A stretch of DNA of 64,000 nt, from positions 14,384,001 to 14,448,000 of the forward strand of contig OX597834.1 of the NCBI GenBank assembly GCA_951406725.2, given 5' to 3'. Below, piece after piece: positions 43,098 through 57,994 of this stretch (within the stretch, counting starts at the first letter, position 1; every line of letters begins with the position of its first letter). The DNA is from Octopus vulgaris. Lineage: Eukaryota. Below the pieces are notes generated by a model. It saw only the letters and a list, made by a program, of their open reading frames with translations. It did not search any database and was not told the DNA's origin. The translations under genes and the position numbers were made by a program.

Positions 43098-43314
43098 TTA
43101 CTCTTTTACTCTTTTACTTGTTTCAGCCATTTGACTGCGGCCATGCTGGAGCACAGCCTTTAGTCGAGCAAATCGACCCGGGACTTATTCTTTGTAAGCC
43201 CAGTACTTATTCTATCGGTCTCTTTTGCCGAACCGCTAAGTGACGGAGACGTAAACACACCAGCATCGGTTGACAAGCAATGCTAGAGGTACAAACACAA
43301 ACACACAAACATAT

Positions 43315-43381
<67 letters not shown>

Positions 43382-43556
43382 TACATATATACGATAGGCT
43401 TCTTTCAGTTTCCGTCTACCAAATCCACTCACAAGGCATTGGTCGGCCCGGGGCTATAGCAGAAGACACTTGCCCAAGATGCCACGCAGTGGGACTGAAC
43501 CCGGAACCATGTGGTTGGTTAGCAAGTTACTTACCACGCAGCCACTCCTGCGCCTA
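43098..43556 (-). mobile_element. SINE family C, full length
   Basis: Shares diagnostic bases with the 36659 and 39271 copies (AAGGCATTGG, GCTATAGCAGAAG). Confidence 0.95.
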
Positions 43557-43616
43557 TTGTTTACTATTTAAACAAACGGATATCTCCCTCTCTCTAGCCA
43601 ATACAATTACGCAAAG

Positions 43617-43647
<31 letters not shown>

Positions 43648-43998
43648 CCAATGTACAAGGAAAACACACAAAGATAGATACACACTCATACAGAAATACG
43701 TATATATATGCGTGTATGTATATGTATGTAGGCATGTATATAAAAAGTTTAGATTTTCATTTGCGTTCGTATACTAAACTATGTGTGTCATTGGCAGTTT
43801 CGTTCCATCATATATTAGTTGTATCTTGCATCCGTTTTTTTTTTCATTAATGTGAACACAGTCGTTAGACAAATATAATAGAAAATTTCGGAGCTGTTTA
43901 GACCAACATAAATGAAATTATATAGATATATGTATACGCTTCTGGCGTCGTATGTGCGGTGAGTTACAATGTTTATGCACACAGCTACTAATACGCTC

Positions 43999-44031
<33 letters not shown>

Positions 44032-44045
44032 CATATATATATATT

Positions 44046-44077
<32 letters not shown>

Positions 44078-44126
44078 GTATGTTTTTACATATGTATATA
44101 TACATGTGTGCGTGTGTGTTTGTATT

Positions 44127-44172
<46 letters not shown>

Positions 44173-44199
44173 TTCAGATATATGTATATGTGCAAATAG

Positions 44200-44234
<35 letters not shown>

Positions 44235-44864
44235 CCTATACCCTACCTATCTATCTATTTAACTATATATCTAACACTATATATATATATGTGTGTGTAC
44301 ATATATATATATATACATATGTGTAGATATAGATATAGGTATATATATATATATATATGTTATAATTAGTGTTTTGGAAGTCACATAGAATACTGGTTAT
44401 TTTCATAACTCCTCTCTTTTTCTGAACACGCACAACTTTTTTTATAAGCCCTAATTATTTTACTCTCTCGGTAACATCTCTTTTACGACTTGATACTATG
44501 GTTGAATACCACATTTTCGACACTCCCCAAAGAATTTTCTACACCATAAATTTCATTATAGGAGGGTGACAATGTTACATATTAATCTTGTGATAGAAGG
44601 TACGCTTTCTACCTAACGCGTTTCACATATTCTAGCTACCCTTTTTTTCACACATATTTCTGTTTTAATCTGCATACAATATTTTGTTTTAATACTAATA
44701 TATATCTCCTCAGAAAAAAATGAAAGTCCTGCAGCAGACATTGGATAAAATGTAACCTCCTTTAAACTAAAATAGCGTGGTAAGATACTTGTTTCCTAAC
44801 CACATGTTTTTGGGTTCAGTCCCAATATATGGTACCTTCGGCCAGCGTCCTTGAGTCAACATAT

Positions 44865-45224
44865 TTGTTATCTTTCAAACACAATGAGTAAAACTCGGAA
44901 GATCAAAAGCAGTCAGAAGTGAAATCGCGTAATAAAGTGAAAATACAGTCGGAAACTGATACGAACCCATCTTCGAAGGACATCACTGGTTCCGAAAGCT
45001 GATGCTACGGAATTTCCAGATGTAAGAAAGAGATGAAGAAAAAAACGACAGAGGCGTTAAAAGACATCACCTCGCAAGAATTCTAGTACTGCTTCAAACA
45101 GTGGAAAACGCGTCTGGACCGATGGAAGGCTTCAAATGAAGACTACTTTGAAGTCAATAAATGTAACACGAAGTGAATAAAATATAATTGCAAAATTCTG
45201 GTTTCTTTTCGGTACCTCTTCGTA
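44865..45224 (+). pseudogene. Mariner transposase C-terminal remnant with right TIR
   Basis: EMKKKTTEALKDITSQEF*YCFKQWKTRLDRWKASNEDYFE, then ...TTTTCGGTACCTCTTCGTA. Confidence 0.8.
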
Positions 45225-46212
45225 TATCTCCTAAGAGCTGACGGGACCGCATGGATTTTCATTCGAAGAAAACGGTTTCTAACTACAATGATCTTTGGCT
45301 CTTAGAACTGAAAGTAATAAAAAAAGAAATGAAAATATGTGGCTATGTTTAAACTGTTCATTCGTAGCTCGCAAAATGTAGATAAATATTTCATACCTAA
45401 ATTTTGCTGTCTGTGGTATTTGGTATCGATTTACTAGGGAATGAAATGGAAAAATTATTAAGAAAAGAGGAAGAAGGTGATGGAGTTAAAGTAGAAGAAC
45501 AAAAGCAGGTGGAGGAGGTGGATGAGACGAATAGGAGAAATAAGTTTAAAGAATAAAATCTGAGAGGAGAAATGAAACGAAAAAAATGGTGTTGATGGTG
45601 GTGGTAGTGGTGGTAGTGATGATGATGATGAGGAGGAGGAGGAGGAGAGAAGAGGGGATAAAGCGGAGAGGAGATGGAGCAAGATGAGATGAAAGAAGTT
45701 GATACTGAATGTGAATCAAGAAGAGATGTAGGAGAACGATGAGGAGGAATTGACGGGGAGAAGAAGCAATAACAACAACAACAACAAATATAACAACACT
45801 AAGAAGAAGAATTTCAGCATATCCAGTGAACCAACAGAAAGCGGGATGCTGTTGTATTGGAGCTAGTAGATGATGATGATAAAACAAATTCACGCCAATT
45901 CTTATGAAGAAATACTTATTGTCTTAAAACTTAAATTATGTACAAGGAAACAAATAGAGACAACCTAATAAGTTTAAAGTCACAAAATATCTCGTTGTAG
46001 ACAAATGGTGTTAATACATCAAAATCAGCCGGCAGCGCCATCTCTGCGTAACGCTCCCGCCCCGTAATTAGTGGGGAGCAGCCGATTTTCTCTACCACTT
46101 ATTTTGTAAGATGAAGGGAATATGAGAAGAGGCAACCTCTCTGATTTTGTGTCTGAAGAGGAGCTGATAAATGATCATAAAATAAATTCACTCCAGTTCT
46201 TAAGATATCTTG

Positions 46213-46480
46213 GTACTCCGTCGGTTACGACGACGAGGGTTCCAGTTGATCCGATCAACGGAACTGCCTGCTCGGGAAATTAACGTGCAAGTGGCAGAGC
46301 ACTCCACAGATACGTGTACACTTAACGTAGTTCTCGTGGATATTCAGCGTGACACAGAGTGTGACAAGGCTGGCCCCCTTTGAAATACAGGTACAACGGA
46401 ATCAGGAAGAAAGAATGAGAGAATGTTGTAGTGAAAGTTGTGCAGGAGCCTCGTTTCCGTTCAATAAACACTCACAACGG
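46213..46480 (-). mobile_element. SINE family R (tail A), internally deleted
   Basis: ACTCCGTCGGTTACGACGACGAGGG...CAATAAACACTCACAACG, homologous to 11670-11970. Confidence 0.9.
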
Positions 46481-46566
46481 CCCCACTCAAAAGATATATT
46501 CACTGTCTAAATGCTTAAATTTCTTCAAGTAAACAAATACACGCAATCTAACCGATTTTAAGTCAG

Positions 46567-46612
<46 letters not shown>

Positions 46613-46639
46613 TATATATTTATATATATATATATATAT

Positions 46640-46825
46640 GTAGGTCCCGGGTTGATTCGGGGTTAACCACAGTAAATAAGGTACTCAATACATAGCAGAG
46701 TAAAATTAATTTATTATATAGAAGGAGCTTCTACAGGACTAGAACTGTTTCATTCAAGAGAAATCTTCAGGAAGCTTCCTGAAGATTTCTCTTGAATGAA
46801 ACAGTTCTAGTCCTGTAGAAGCTCC

Positions 46826-46834
<9 letters not shown>
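46640..46834. mobile_element. TA-embedded element ending in a perfect 120-bp palindrome (46715-46834) that holds two mirror-image hammerhead motifs
   Basis: Plus strand AGCUUC-CUGAAGA-uUUC(ucuu)GAAu-GAAA-CAG(uucuaguc)CUG-UA^-GAAGCU at 46773-46823. Identical motif on minus at 46726-46776. Confidence 0.85.
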
Positions 46835-46891
<57 letters not shown>

Positions 46892-48011
46892 CAAGGGCGT
46901 ATACTGCAAAGGTTACTTAACTGGAATGGACAGTACAAGTACTGCCTTTATATGTCCAGTAGAGAGGTCACATCATTTTGAGATAGAAGTGTTTCAGTAA
47001 GTTTTAAATACTAAACGTAATGGCAGCCGTTTATGAAACATATATCAATGCACTGCCCGTAGCCTTCTCGTTCTTTCTTAAGTTAGATAAGCAAACGCTA
47101 TGACATTGATTATGTATGTTTTGTTATTGTTATCATCATCATCGTTGTCGTTGTTGTTGTTGTTGTTATATTATTATTATTTATTAAATTTGATATTTAA
47201 TTTAGATTACGTATATCAAGCGTAAATAAAAATATATTTTGCTTGAAAAATTATCTCGGTGTTTTATCATGATGGGTGTCCTAAAGCTATATTTGTGTGT
47301 ATATTTTCTGTTCAGATTTGATTTAATGATTTAATGTTTGCTACTGTCTTTTCCAATCTATACAGATGTCTACTTTCTTTTCATATAAACTATAATAAAG
47401 ACCGTTGTTTCGAACATAGGATTATAGATCTTGTGATCTCCAAATGAAATATGATGCAATAGGATCTAATGGTATTTTATTTGACGCCAGTTCGTATTAT
47501 GAAGATTAATTTTCTGTGAAGGAACAATATATTATTTCCTAAATTAGGATGCTATACAACTTTTAAAGAATTATGGCGTAAGTTGTACATCCGGAAGAAA
47601 ATCTAATATTTCATTAGCTCCGATATGGCGTCAACAGCACAACTACATATATCCATCCTCTTTAGTTCAATTCGGGGGATCGACGTCTGAGGATGTATTT
47701 GTTCGCACAGTTCAACCGATTGTCTCATTATATTGGATATATCATTTACTTTTATGATGTTTACCAACAGAAAATATATACATTTTCAAACCATTATGAT
47801 TTTGGTTTCTTTCAATTATTTAAATAATTAAATAATGTAAAATTATTGACAACACACAATTGATTTTAAGAGATATAAAACTTAATAATATATGTTTTTG
47901 GAATCTTCCATTCAATGTTTCTCTCTATTTATCTCCCGTTGAATATATACATATGGACGCTTTGCAGATCCATGCTTTTTATAATTATCCTTATAAAAAA
48001 TATTGGGTTCT

Positions 48012-48550
48012 TATTTTGGCACAAAGCCAAAAAAATTGGTGAGAAGAGGTCAAATCGATTACATCGACACCAGTGCTCAACTTCTGCTTATTTTATCGAC
48101 GTCAGTACGAAGAAGGTCAGCGTTGACCTCGGTGGATATTGAACTCAGAACATGAAGGCGGACTAAATGCCACTAAGAATTGTGTCCAGCGTGCTAACGT
48201 TTCTGCCAATCTAGCCAGAACGACCTCAGTGGATATTGAACTCAGAACGTGAAGAGGGACTAAATGCCAATAAACATTTTGTCCAACGTACTAACGATTT
48301 CGCCACTCTAGCTCCACTGATCCTTATAAAATTAACGGTTTCAAAATTTGGCAGAACGCCAGTTATTTCCGGGGAAGTGTCAAGTCGATTACATCGACCC
48401 CAGTACTCATATAGTGCTTATGTTATCGACACTTCACGGATGAAAAGCAAAGTCAATCTCGCCGGAATTTTAATTCAGAATGTAAATACGTATGAAATAT
48501 CACTAATCATTTAGACCGGAATACTAACGATCCTGCCAGCTAGCCACCTT
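48012..48550 (-). mobile_element. Three diverged SINE M copies
   Basis: TTGAACTCAGAAC-type B boxes at about 48140, 48236 and 48470. Confidence 0.75.
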
Positions 48551-48684
48551 TATGAAAATATCAAAGTTTCGCAAACATTGGTTATATGGACCTATATATG
48601 TAACTGTACGGTTTAATAGCTACAAGTCAACTTACATATTTACATGTATATTCTACGAAACTCTTCATGTGCACACATACGTAC

Positions 48685-48912
48685 TTAGCGATTGCGGAAC
48701 AATTTGTTGACGTAACAAACGGTGCGAATTCATCAGAGAGGTCGATATGGTCAAGCAAATCACATGCGTCCATCACAAATGTGGTCGCTGGACGATGGGA
48801 TATAACAATCTGGAAGCATGAGTGATACGTCCATCAATACAGACCTTAACAGAAACTTCCCCGTTCTTAAATTGGCCGGTTGTCTGTGCGGTCCTTATAG
48901 ACTAATAAGCTA
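48685..48912 (-). other. Candidate exon, possibly containing ATG 48773 (MDACDLLDHIDLSDEFAPFVTSTNCSAIA..)
   Basis: Non-repetitive and GC-elevated. Acceptor TTTTGTTATTTGTAG, donor AA|GTACGT. No recognisable homology. Confidence 0.2.
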
Positions 48913-48940
48913 CTACAAATAACAAAATCATTCTGTTGAT

Positions 48941-49416
<476 letters not shown>

Positions 49417-50315
49417 ATGTTAACGGAGTCCTGTAGAGCCAACGTAGAGAGTAAAGGTTTGTTCACAAACAACGTGATGTTTCAGCAACAGCCAACACAA
49501 CACTCTACCTTTGAATGTGAAATACATTTCTCTTTAATCAAAACCGGCGACATTGAACGGCATCTAAGGAATACGCATTAGGCAGAAAATGAGCGAAAGT
49601 GAAACTCGATTCAATTGACTGATGGCTTGACGCATCATCATTGATGTAGCTTACTACAAAAGAACTTTCAATAAAATTGATATTAAAAATACATATTTCT
49701 GCCTCTGGAATGAGAATACTTATGGCAGTAATGCAAAGTTTTATTACAGTTAATAATACTGTTGAGATATTTACATTTCATCTCAGTAAAAAGAGAAATA
49801 TGTGAAAACAATTATAGAGGTCACACAATTTTTTAATCGAAAGCTTCTTATTTCATTGTGTATTACGTGGATGCTGCCACTACCAATAAGATTGTACTTC
49901 CTCGTATTTGTTTTGTTCTTAACTTGGAGCCCATTAAATGGATGCTATGGTGACGTGATCGGCAGAATATCTATACTTCTCGCCTTTTATGCGGACGTAA
50001 AGACTAGAAAGATGAAAATATTGATAATACGGTATGTGTACACAGCGATAATCTCATTATTCCGGAACGGCTAGGAATTTTGAAGTAGAATACTGGAAAT
50101 AATTGAAGAATTTACTTGGGAAACGAAGCTGCTATATTTCTAGATGAGAAGATAGAACAGAACGTGCTATTATCCTGGGTTAAGCTTTTACAAATTACGA
50201 ACTATGGTTAATCTAACCAATTTTAGCCAAGTCAAAATAATGATGATAATAATAATAATATTAATAATAATGATAATAATAATAATAATAATAGTAATAA
50301 TAAATAATAATAATA

Positions 50316-50876
<561 letters not shown>

Positions 50877-51174
50877 ATAATAATAATAATAATAATAACA
50901 ATAATAATAGTAATAATAATATTTACCCGTGAATTTGCGTGTGTAATCTGGGAATGCATACAATGAGCTTCTCTGTCCTAGGTGTGCGGAAAACACTCGA
51001 AGAGAAACGGAGGAAAATTTGAAGACAGAAGGAAAAAAACAAAAAAAGCTAATAATAAAATGCCCTGATGCAGTACCAGGCAGTAGCTGAAACCTTGCCG
51101 GTACAAAGCATTTTGTCAGGTATGGTAAAATAATCTATTACACTGCAACAACAACTATTAATATTAATAATAAC

Positions 51175-51212
<38 letters not shown>

Positions 51213-51266
51213 TAATAATAATAATAATAATAATATGATATTATTATTATTATTATTATTATTATT

Positions 51267-51428
51267 CTATGTTTGACTTTTGCTTTATATTTGTACAAGC
51301 TGTCTCCAAGTCTCACCAAGAGACCTCAAGAGACAACAAGTTGGAAGTTCATGTTGGTGCTATGCCTAGGCTGTGTATTTGGCACCCTAGGCATAACACC
51401 AACATGAACTTGCAACTTGTTGTCTCTT
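51267..51428 (-). mobile_element. (AAT)n-embedded fragment, probably a LINE 3' UTR, with a 43-bp fold-back
   Basis: Arms 51328-51370 and 51386-51428 match at 41/43. The minus strand ends CAAACATAG(AAT)n. Confidence 0.7.
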
Positions 51429-51447
51429 ATTATTATTATTATCATCA

Positions 51448-51526
<79 letters not shown>

Positions 51527-52171
51527 TATTATTATAATCAGATGATGATGAAAAATTTCTGGCATAATAATAATAATATATAATGGAGAAACAATCAAAA
51601 TATATCAACAATGCTTTACAAATTTATTTCAAATGAAAAGTTCACTGGAAGTAAAATTGACTAAAATATGATTTCCTTTTGGCTTTTTAAAATTTTTTTC
51701 TGAGATTCTTTGTTTCAATACTAACAGTAAACACAGAAATAGCACCAGGAATGTTTCCAATTATCGGAAACAAATGTAAAGGTGTTGAAGTTTGAAATTC
51801 TTAAAACCAAGTTCCTTAAAATTAATACTCGAAACTTAAATCTAAATTAGTAACATCATTCCCCCATCTAGATGGCGTTGTTTCAAAATTTTTTTGGTTC
51901 ATTTTTGTTAATCAAATGATTTTAGTAAATTAGTGTAATTGTCTGTATTTAATTGAAATCTAGTATTTAATTAATGAATGTTGTTGATTAATTAAGGTAG
52001 ATAATTAGTTCTATTCTATTAAGGACTGGACTGAAATAATGCAGTAGATTTGAGATGTTTGGTATTTGTATTTGTAAACAAACACTCACACATATAGAGG
52101 TACATATAATTATATACATATGTAGACATTATATATATGTTTTATATATACATATATATATATATATACAG

Positions 52172-52205
<34 letters not shown>

Positions 52206-52409
52206 TAATATATATATATATATACAGTAATATATATATGTATACATTAAGACATATGTGTGTGTACGCATATATATGTATATCTATATGTATACCTATC
52301 TTTATGTATGTATATATATATACGCACACACGCACAGAGTGCGATGAGTCAATTATCGCCATTTTATATTTTCAATTACGTGCATGTGCATTGTTTGTTT
52401 TTCATATGG

Positions 52410-53130
52410 TCGACTATACAATATAGTAGGATCAGTTGGGCACCGTCTGTGAGAAAGAGAACATTATGACGCAATCACTCTACCAGAAATTTGGAAACGA
52501 CATGCTGTAATGCTTGGCATTCGCACGGGAATGTCCAATACGAACATTTTAGAGTGTTTGGGTGTCAGTCGGAGGAGAGTGCAATCTCATGGCATGTACC
52601 GAGAAGGATAAAAATCAAGCATCCAGTCAACCTCATGGTGTTTGGAGTGATCACTTGTGGTGGCGATGCTATGCCTCCATGTATCTTCCACACCGTCTCA
52701 GACTAAACTCGGAGGCGTACATCAAGAGTCTGGAGGAGGTACTGCTGCCCTGGGTCAAGAGGGTGACTTCTGGAAGACCCTATGTCTGGAACCAGAACTC
52801 TGCAATTGCCACACAAGAAGGTGAACCCAATCATGACTAACTACATCACCTCTAACATCTGGCAAACTAACACCCCAGACTGCAACACCCTAGGTTATTA
52901 CGTGTGGGGCGTATTTGAGCGAGAGACCAAAAAACCTCTTGTAACACTAACGATAAACTGAAAGAAAGGATTATGACAGAATTCACCAACATAAACAAGG
53001 AGAAACTTCAGAAGTCGTCTGTGGGCCGTGGTTAAAGCCAATGGTGATTTTATTGAATAATTATCCTCTTTAGTATTTCAAGATATTCTTGTGAAAGTTT
53101 GGTAAATATATCTGTTAAAATGAGATGTCA
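52410..53130 (+). pseudogene. Decayed maT-like (Tc1/mariner superfamily) transposase
   Basis: KHPVNLMVFGVITCGGDAMPP; LRLNSEAYIKSLEEVLLPWVKRVTSGRPYVWNQNSA; IWQTNTPDCNTLGYYVW (WPxxSPDLNPxDY-like). Frameshifted. Confidence 0.88.
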
Positions 53131-55083
53131 GTGTTAGTAGAGCACTATCTTCAGGGATTTTGGTCCAGCATATGAACCTCACGTATTAATACACTCTGGC
53201 TGTTATGTCAACTAATTAAATAAGGTGTAGTATTTATTATCTACATTTTATTACTGCAGATGTTACGGATTATAGAGAATTGAGTGAGACAAAATGACAA
53301 AATGTACAGCATTTTTGTTAAGAATGTATACTCTGAGTGAGAATTAGATCACATTTAGTTATATATTCATTATAATCTGTAAAATCTTTTAGGGTTATAT
53401 CGGGGGTATTGACGTGGGTGGACTCATAGCCGAACTAAATTTCAGAGTTGGATTGGATTTAAACTTTGAACGAAAACAGCTGGAAAATTTGTCAAACTTT
53501 TATTTTTCAGACGCTCTAATGGTTCTGTCTGCTTCGTTCTTTAATATTCAGATTAATAAGATGATAATTGTTTCCTTAAGGAGCTAAATCCTACTGAGCA
53601 TTATTTTACGTTTGGTGAAACATATCTGTTATGGTTTGTAGAATATTTTCGTATAAACATCATCTACACTCGCCTTCTAAAAGAATTTCAAGTTCTCATA
53701 AGGCATTCCAAGGCAAAAAAAGTTTATAAACGAAATACCTGAGACATTGAACATAAATTAAATTGCTATTATTTAATATGAATTAAAACGGCAACATTCT
53801 ATTATTAAAAGCCTGACGAGATAATAAGATGATGAGTGTAATAAACAGAATACGTTCTAATATAAACGTAATTCATTGATAAGATTAATGAGCTGTAACG
53901 AAATTTCCCTTGTATATAATGCAGCTGCAATGTTCCCCACAGGCCAATGTATTATGAATTATATATTTTGATGCATAAATGTTCTGAGCGAGAGAGAATA
54001 GACATTTGATTGTGAATGCAATGAAGCTTAATTAGACCAATCTAAGTAATTATAGATTCAGCTATTGTGGTACTCATATTTATTGTCTAGCAGTTTTTAA
54101 CATCGACGATCGACTTCATTGAGTGTAGAAAGAAATATTTTCTTATTGAGAAGTTGCTATTATCACTTCCAGCAAATACAGCGCTTCTGCTGGGTGTCGA
54201 TTATATTGTACACATGTATCTGGCATTTAAAAACGAATTAAAAACAAATTGGTAATTTCGTTGGATTAACATTTACTGGTGATGGTATCTCCATCCGAAG
54301 AAGCTTATTAATGCTTCATGTCTGAAGGCAAACTTCAAACAGATTGGTTGGTAGGAAGAGTTCCTGTAGTACCGGATGATACGGTGTTAATTACTTAATG
54401 GGTTGTAACTTCCGATTGTTGCTGTCTTGCACGGTTAAGCGCCCGCCGGTCTGGTGTTCCAATGTCCGGCGTCTGAATCCGCTTTACATTCTATTGAAGC
54501 AGCCAGATGAAATTTCCCTTTCTGAAGGCATTCGTTAATTAATGCTTGTCCTCTTTAAAATGTCTATCTTCGATAGAATTGAGAATAGGTCCGTCTTACT
54601 GATGTTAGAAATTGTCTTCCTTTCGATATATTTATCACTAAATTCTAAAAGCTACCGCAGTCACATAAGATATTCTTGTGACACTTCGTTAGGTGCCACA
54701 CCTAGGAAATTAAACACCAGCGTTCTATTTACCATATGAGATAATATAAATTCAAAATCTATATCTATGAAAGAATAGGTGGTATATCATAAACGAAACA
54801 GTTAATATATGTTTTATGAAGGAAATAGTCTCTATTCCATTTGGGCACCTGAATATACAGATAGTATGGATTTGGTATAGATATTCGATTATACTGTATC
54901 TATTACTGAAGAAGTAAAAAGTATATGTACGGTAGCGAAAACAACCGAAGAATTAATCGCTCATTGTTGAACCTGAATATATAGCTTTCGCAGAAAGCTT
55001 CCTTATCCAAAGTTAATCATTGCGTATGAAGTAAACTAGCGTAACATCTCATAAAAATTGATAGTGCCGAAGCAAATGTATAT

Positions 55084-55290
55084 TGGTTTCAAATTTTGGC
55101 ACAAAGACAGCGGGTTTGGAGGAGGGAATTAGACGATTAAAGTGACCCCAGTGTTCAAATGGTACTTGTTTTATCGACTAATACTTATTTCATTAAAGGG
55201 TGAAAGGCAAAGTCGACCTGGGCGGAATTTTAACTCAAAATGTAAATACGAGCGAAATGCCGCAAAGTATTTAATCCGCTGTGCTAATGA
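55084..55290 (-). mobile_element. SINE family M, diverged
   Basis: TGAAAGGCAAAGTCGACCTGGGCGGAATTT core. Confidence 0.75.
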
Positions 55291-55499
55291 TTCTTTGGGA
55301 TCACTGCCTGATAACGATAAACTAATGTATATTAATTACGAGATAAATAACAAGAATAATATTAACATGAAACCGAGTCTCGTATAGTAATATATAATGG
55401 AAAATAGCTTAAAGTTGATGTCACAAAAGTGAATTTCTCAAAGCACTTCGCCACATTCAGGGAATTGTTTGTGGAGTGAGCAAGATTTGTTTTCAATGT

Positions 55500-56720
55500 A
55501 GAAAGTTGGATGAAAACTTCATTAGTGACCTTTGAAGATGCTCTCGTTGGATATAAACCAGTGAGGTTTGTTTTGCATCATAGCCTCTCTTGTGGTCGAC
55601 AAATTTCTTCCATCGGTGTTGCAGTGCATGGGTTTCGTTACTGAAGAAGCTTTCGGGCCGTTGATCAAAAGAGACATCAACAGCTGATAAGTCTTCATCA
55701 CCATTGCGATACAACTTCCCAGCAAATGTTTTGCTTTTTTGTGGGGTTTTTTTATATGTTGGCAAATATGATAATCAGATGAGGCCAAATCAAGAGAATC
55801 AGGAGGGTGATCAACCAGTCACGCACATCAGCCATTGAAACCGAGGTCTTGTATGCTGGGGCATTCTCCTGATTAGATAAGATTCCTTTCATCAGTTTTC
55901 CGTGGTATTTCAGTCTGAATAGCCTTTCGCATATACTTCAGCAAGTTATTTGATGGCATGACCCTTTCACATGTAGTCGATAAACACAATGCCTATTGCA
56001 TTTCAAAAGACTTGCAGTCAGCATATTTCCTGCGTATGGAACGACCTTGAACTTCCTTCTTCGAAATGTGCGTTTCCACTGCATAGATTCTCTCTTTCTT
56101 TCTGGATCAAAATGATGAAACCAGCACCCATCTTGTGTCAGGAACTGTTCAAAGAATCCAGCTCGATCTTCCTCAAACAATGTCAGATTTTCCAGTGATG
56201 TAATCAGCCTGATGCGCTTTTGATCTGGTATCAAAAGACATGGCATTCACCTCAGCAGAATGCTTCGTCATGCCAAATTCATTGTGCAAAATATTCTTAA
56301 CTCTCTCACGGTATATGCTACTACCATTGTCTATTTGATTTATTGTCAAAAATCTCTTAATTATCATCATGTGATCAACACGATCAGTGCTTTCCTCGGT
56401 GGTAGCAGTTGCAGGATGTCAGACGTGAGTTATATACAAGATTCTCCGTTTCCCTCCTAAATTCAGCTCCCACACTTTCACTGTGCACAAAGCTGGAGCA
56501 TCTTCCCTTAATGTAGCGGCCATATCAGCATAAACGTCCTTAGGTGTTAAACCCTTTTTCTGTTGATAGATGTTAACACCACCATGCCAAAATTTATTCC
56601 TTTTCGAGAGACGTCACCACAGCTCTCTTTTGAAGTCTTCTTCGAACAATGAGATGTCGGTTTACATGAAAAAAAAAAAAAACAAAGACAATACAGTTGT
56701 TAAAAAGCAGAGTTGATAAT
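55500..56720 (-). pseudogene. Near full-length decayed mariner transposase
   Basis: Fragments RVKNILHNEFGMTK; PCLLIPDQKRIRL...FLTQDGCWFHHFDPERKRESMQWK; HPPDSLDLASSDYH (YSPDLAPSD-like); LQHRWKKFVDHKRGY. Many frameshifts. Confidence 0.92.
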
Positions 56721-56764
56721 AATGCACCCTAGATTTCACAGCTCTGGCATCCTTCTTTCATATC

Positions 56765-56998
56765 CATCCTATGATGTCGCCAACCCACAGGCTAAGCGAA
56801 CATGCCAACAGAAGAAAGACAGAGAGAAAGCTGTGGCGAAAGAGGACAGCACGGATCGCCCCCCCCCCCCCTACCGGAGCCTCGTGGAGCTTTAGGTGTT
56901 TTCGCTCAATAAACACGCACAACGCCCGGTCTGGGAATCGAAACCGCGATCCTACGACCGCGAGTCCGCTGCCCTAACCACTGGGCCATTGCGCCTCC
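56765..56998 (-). mobile_element. SINE family R head with partial tail B
   Basis: Head nearly identical to 11920-12043. The sequence to its left matches the end of 13420-13535. Confidence 0.88.
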
Positions 56999-57994
56999 TA
57001 ATCACTACTATATTTGCGTCTAAAAGTCAAGTTACTAATTTTACTCCTAAATGAAAAGCGGTTGTTGTGATACTGGAGCCGAACTATGGAATGGTTGCAT
57101 AACTGTGTTTACATTAGTTAGAATATTTATAACATTACTGAAGATCAATGCACAGAGGAAACTCATTTTGGTGTAATTTCTGCTGAATCGATTTGTCAAT
57201 ATGCACCTTAGAGGAAGATATCGATTTCCGAAAAATTTTCGAAATTTGTGAAGTTAGTGCTGACACATATCATATGTCAGTATGAGTTGTGTTTTCCTCC
57301 GCTTCGGCTTTTACGTTCATATTAGTAGATCTTTTACGTAGTCATGGACATTAGTTTAAAGATATTTTGTCCTTCAATGAGATTCTGTCTTGTATAGATT
57401 CTCTAACAAAACGTATATCTTTGAAATTTTTTTATTTTCCTAACAGACATACAGCTTTGTATTTAATAAGCATTAATTGCCTATTCTCTTGTTCATGACT
57501 GGAAACATTTCTGATTATATGCAACAAAATAATTTGCAAATTACTAATATTTGTTCAAGTAACATCTCTATAGTAAATTTCTATTTCCTTTGAAGTGTTA
57601 TTTATTAATTCTGTTAAAAAATTTTCAATCGATGTTGTTGAAAGTTGTTGACTCGTAATTTCTGTGCATGCCAAGCTAAGATTGTTAGTATGGATTTGAG
57701 CATTCCTATGGTAATACAGTGTCACTCGGTAACATACACACACTCACACAGAGACACACACACATTTACACACACTTATACCCACATAAAAAGTATATTG
57801 CTATAATTATAATGTTTATTATATGTATTGACTTTGTAATAATTATAATTGCAGTGTCTTCAAACGAAGCACCCAAATGTACACAGAAAGACGCATTGGA
57901 AAAGTGGAATTGCTTAATATACTTATAGGACCTTACCCTAATTGGAAACAGCGGAAATAAACCAAACCAGAGCTAAATAAACCATTTATTTATA

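Noticed and set aside
45458-45893. Purine-rich segment giving acidic or hydrophobic ORFs
   Set aside because: Degenerate (GAG/GAT/GGT)n low-complexity tract without splice or homology support.
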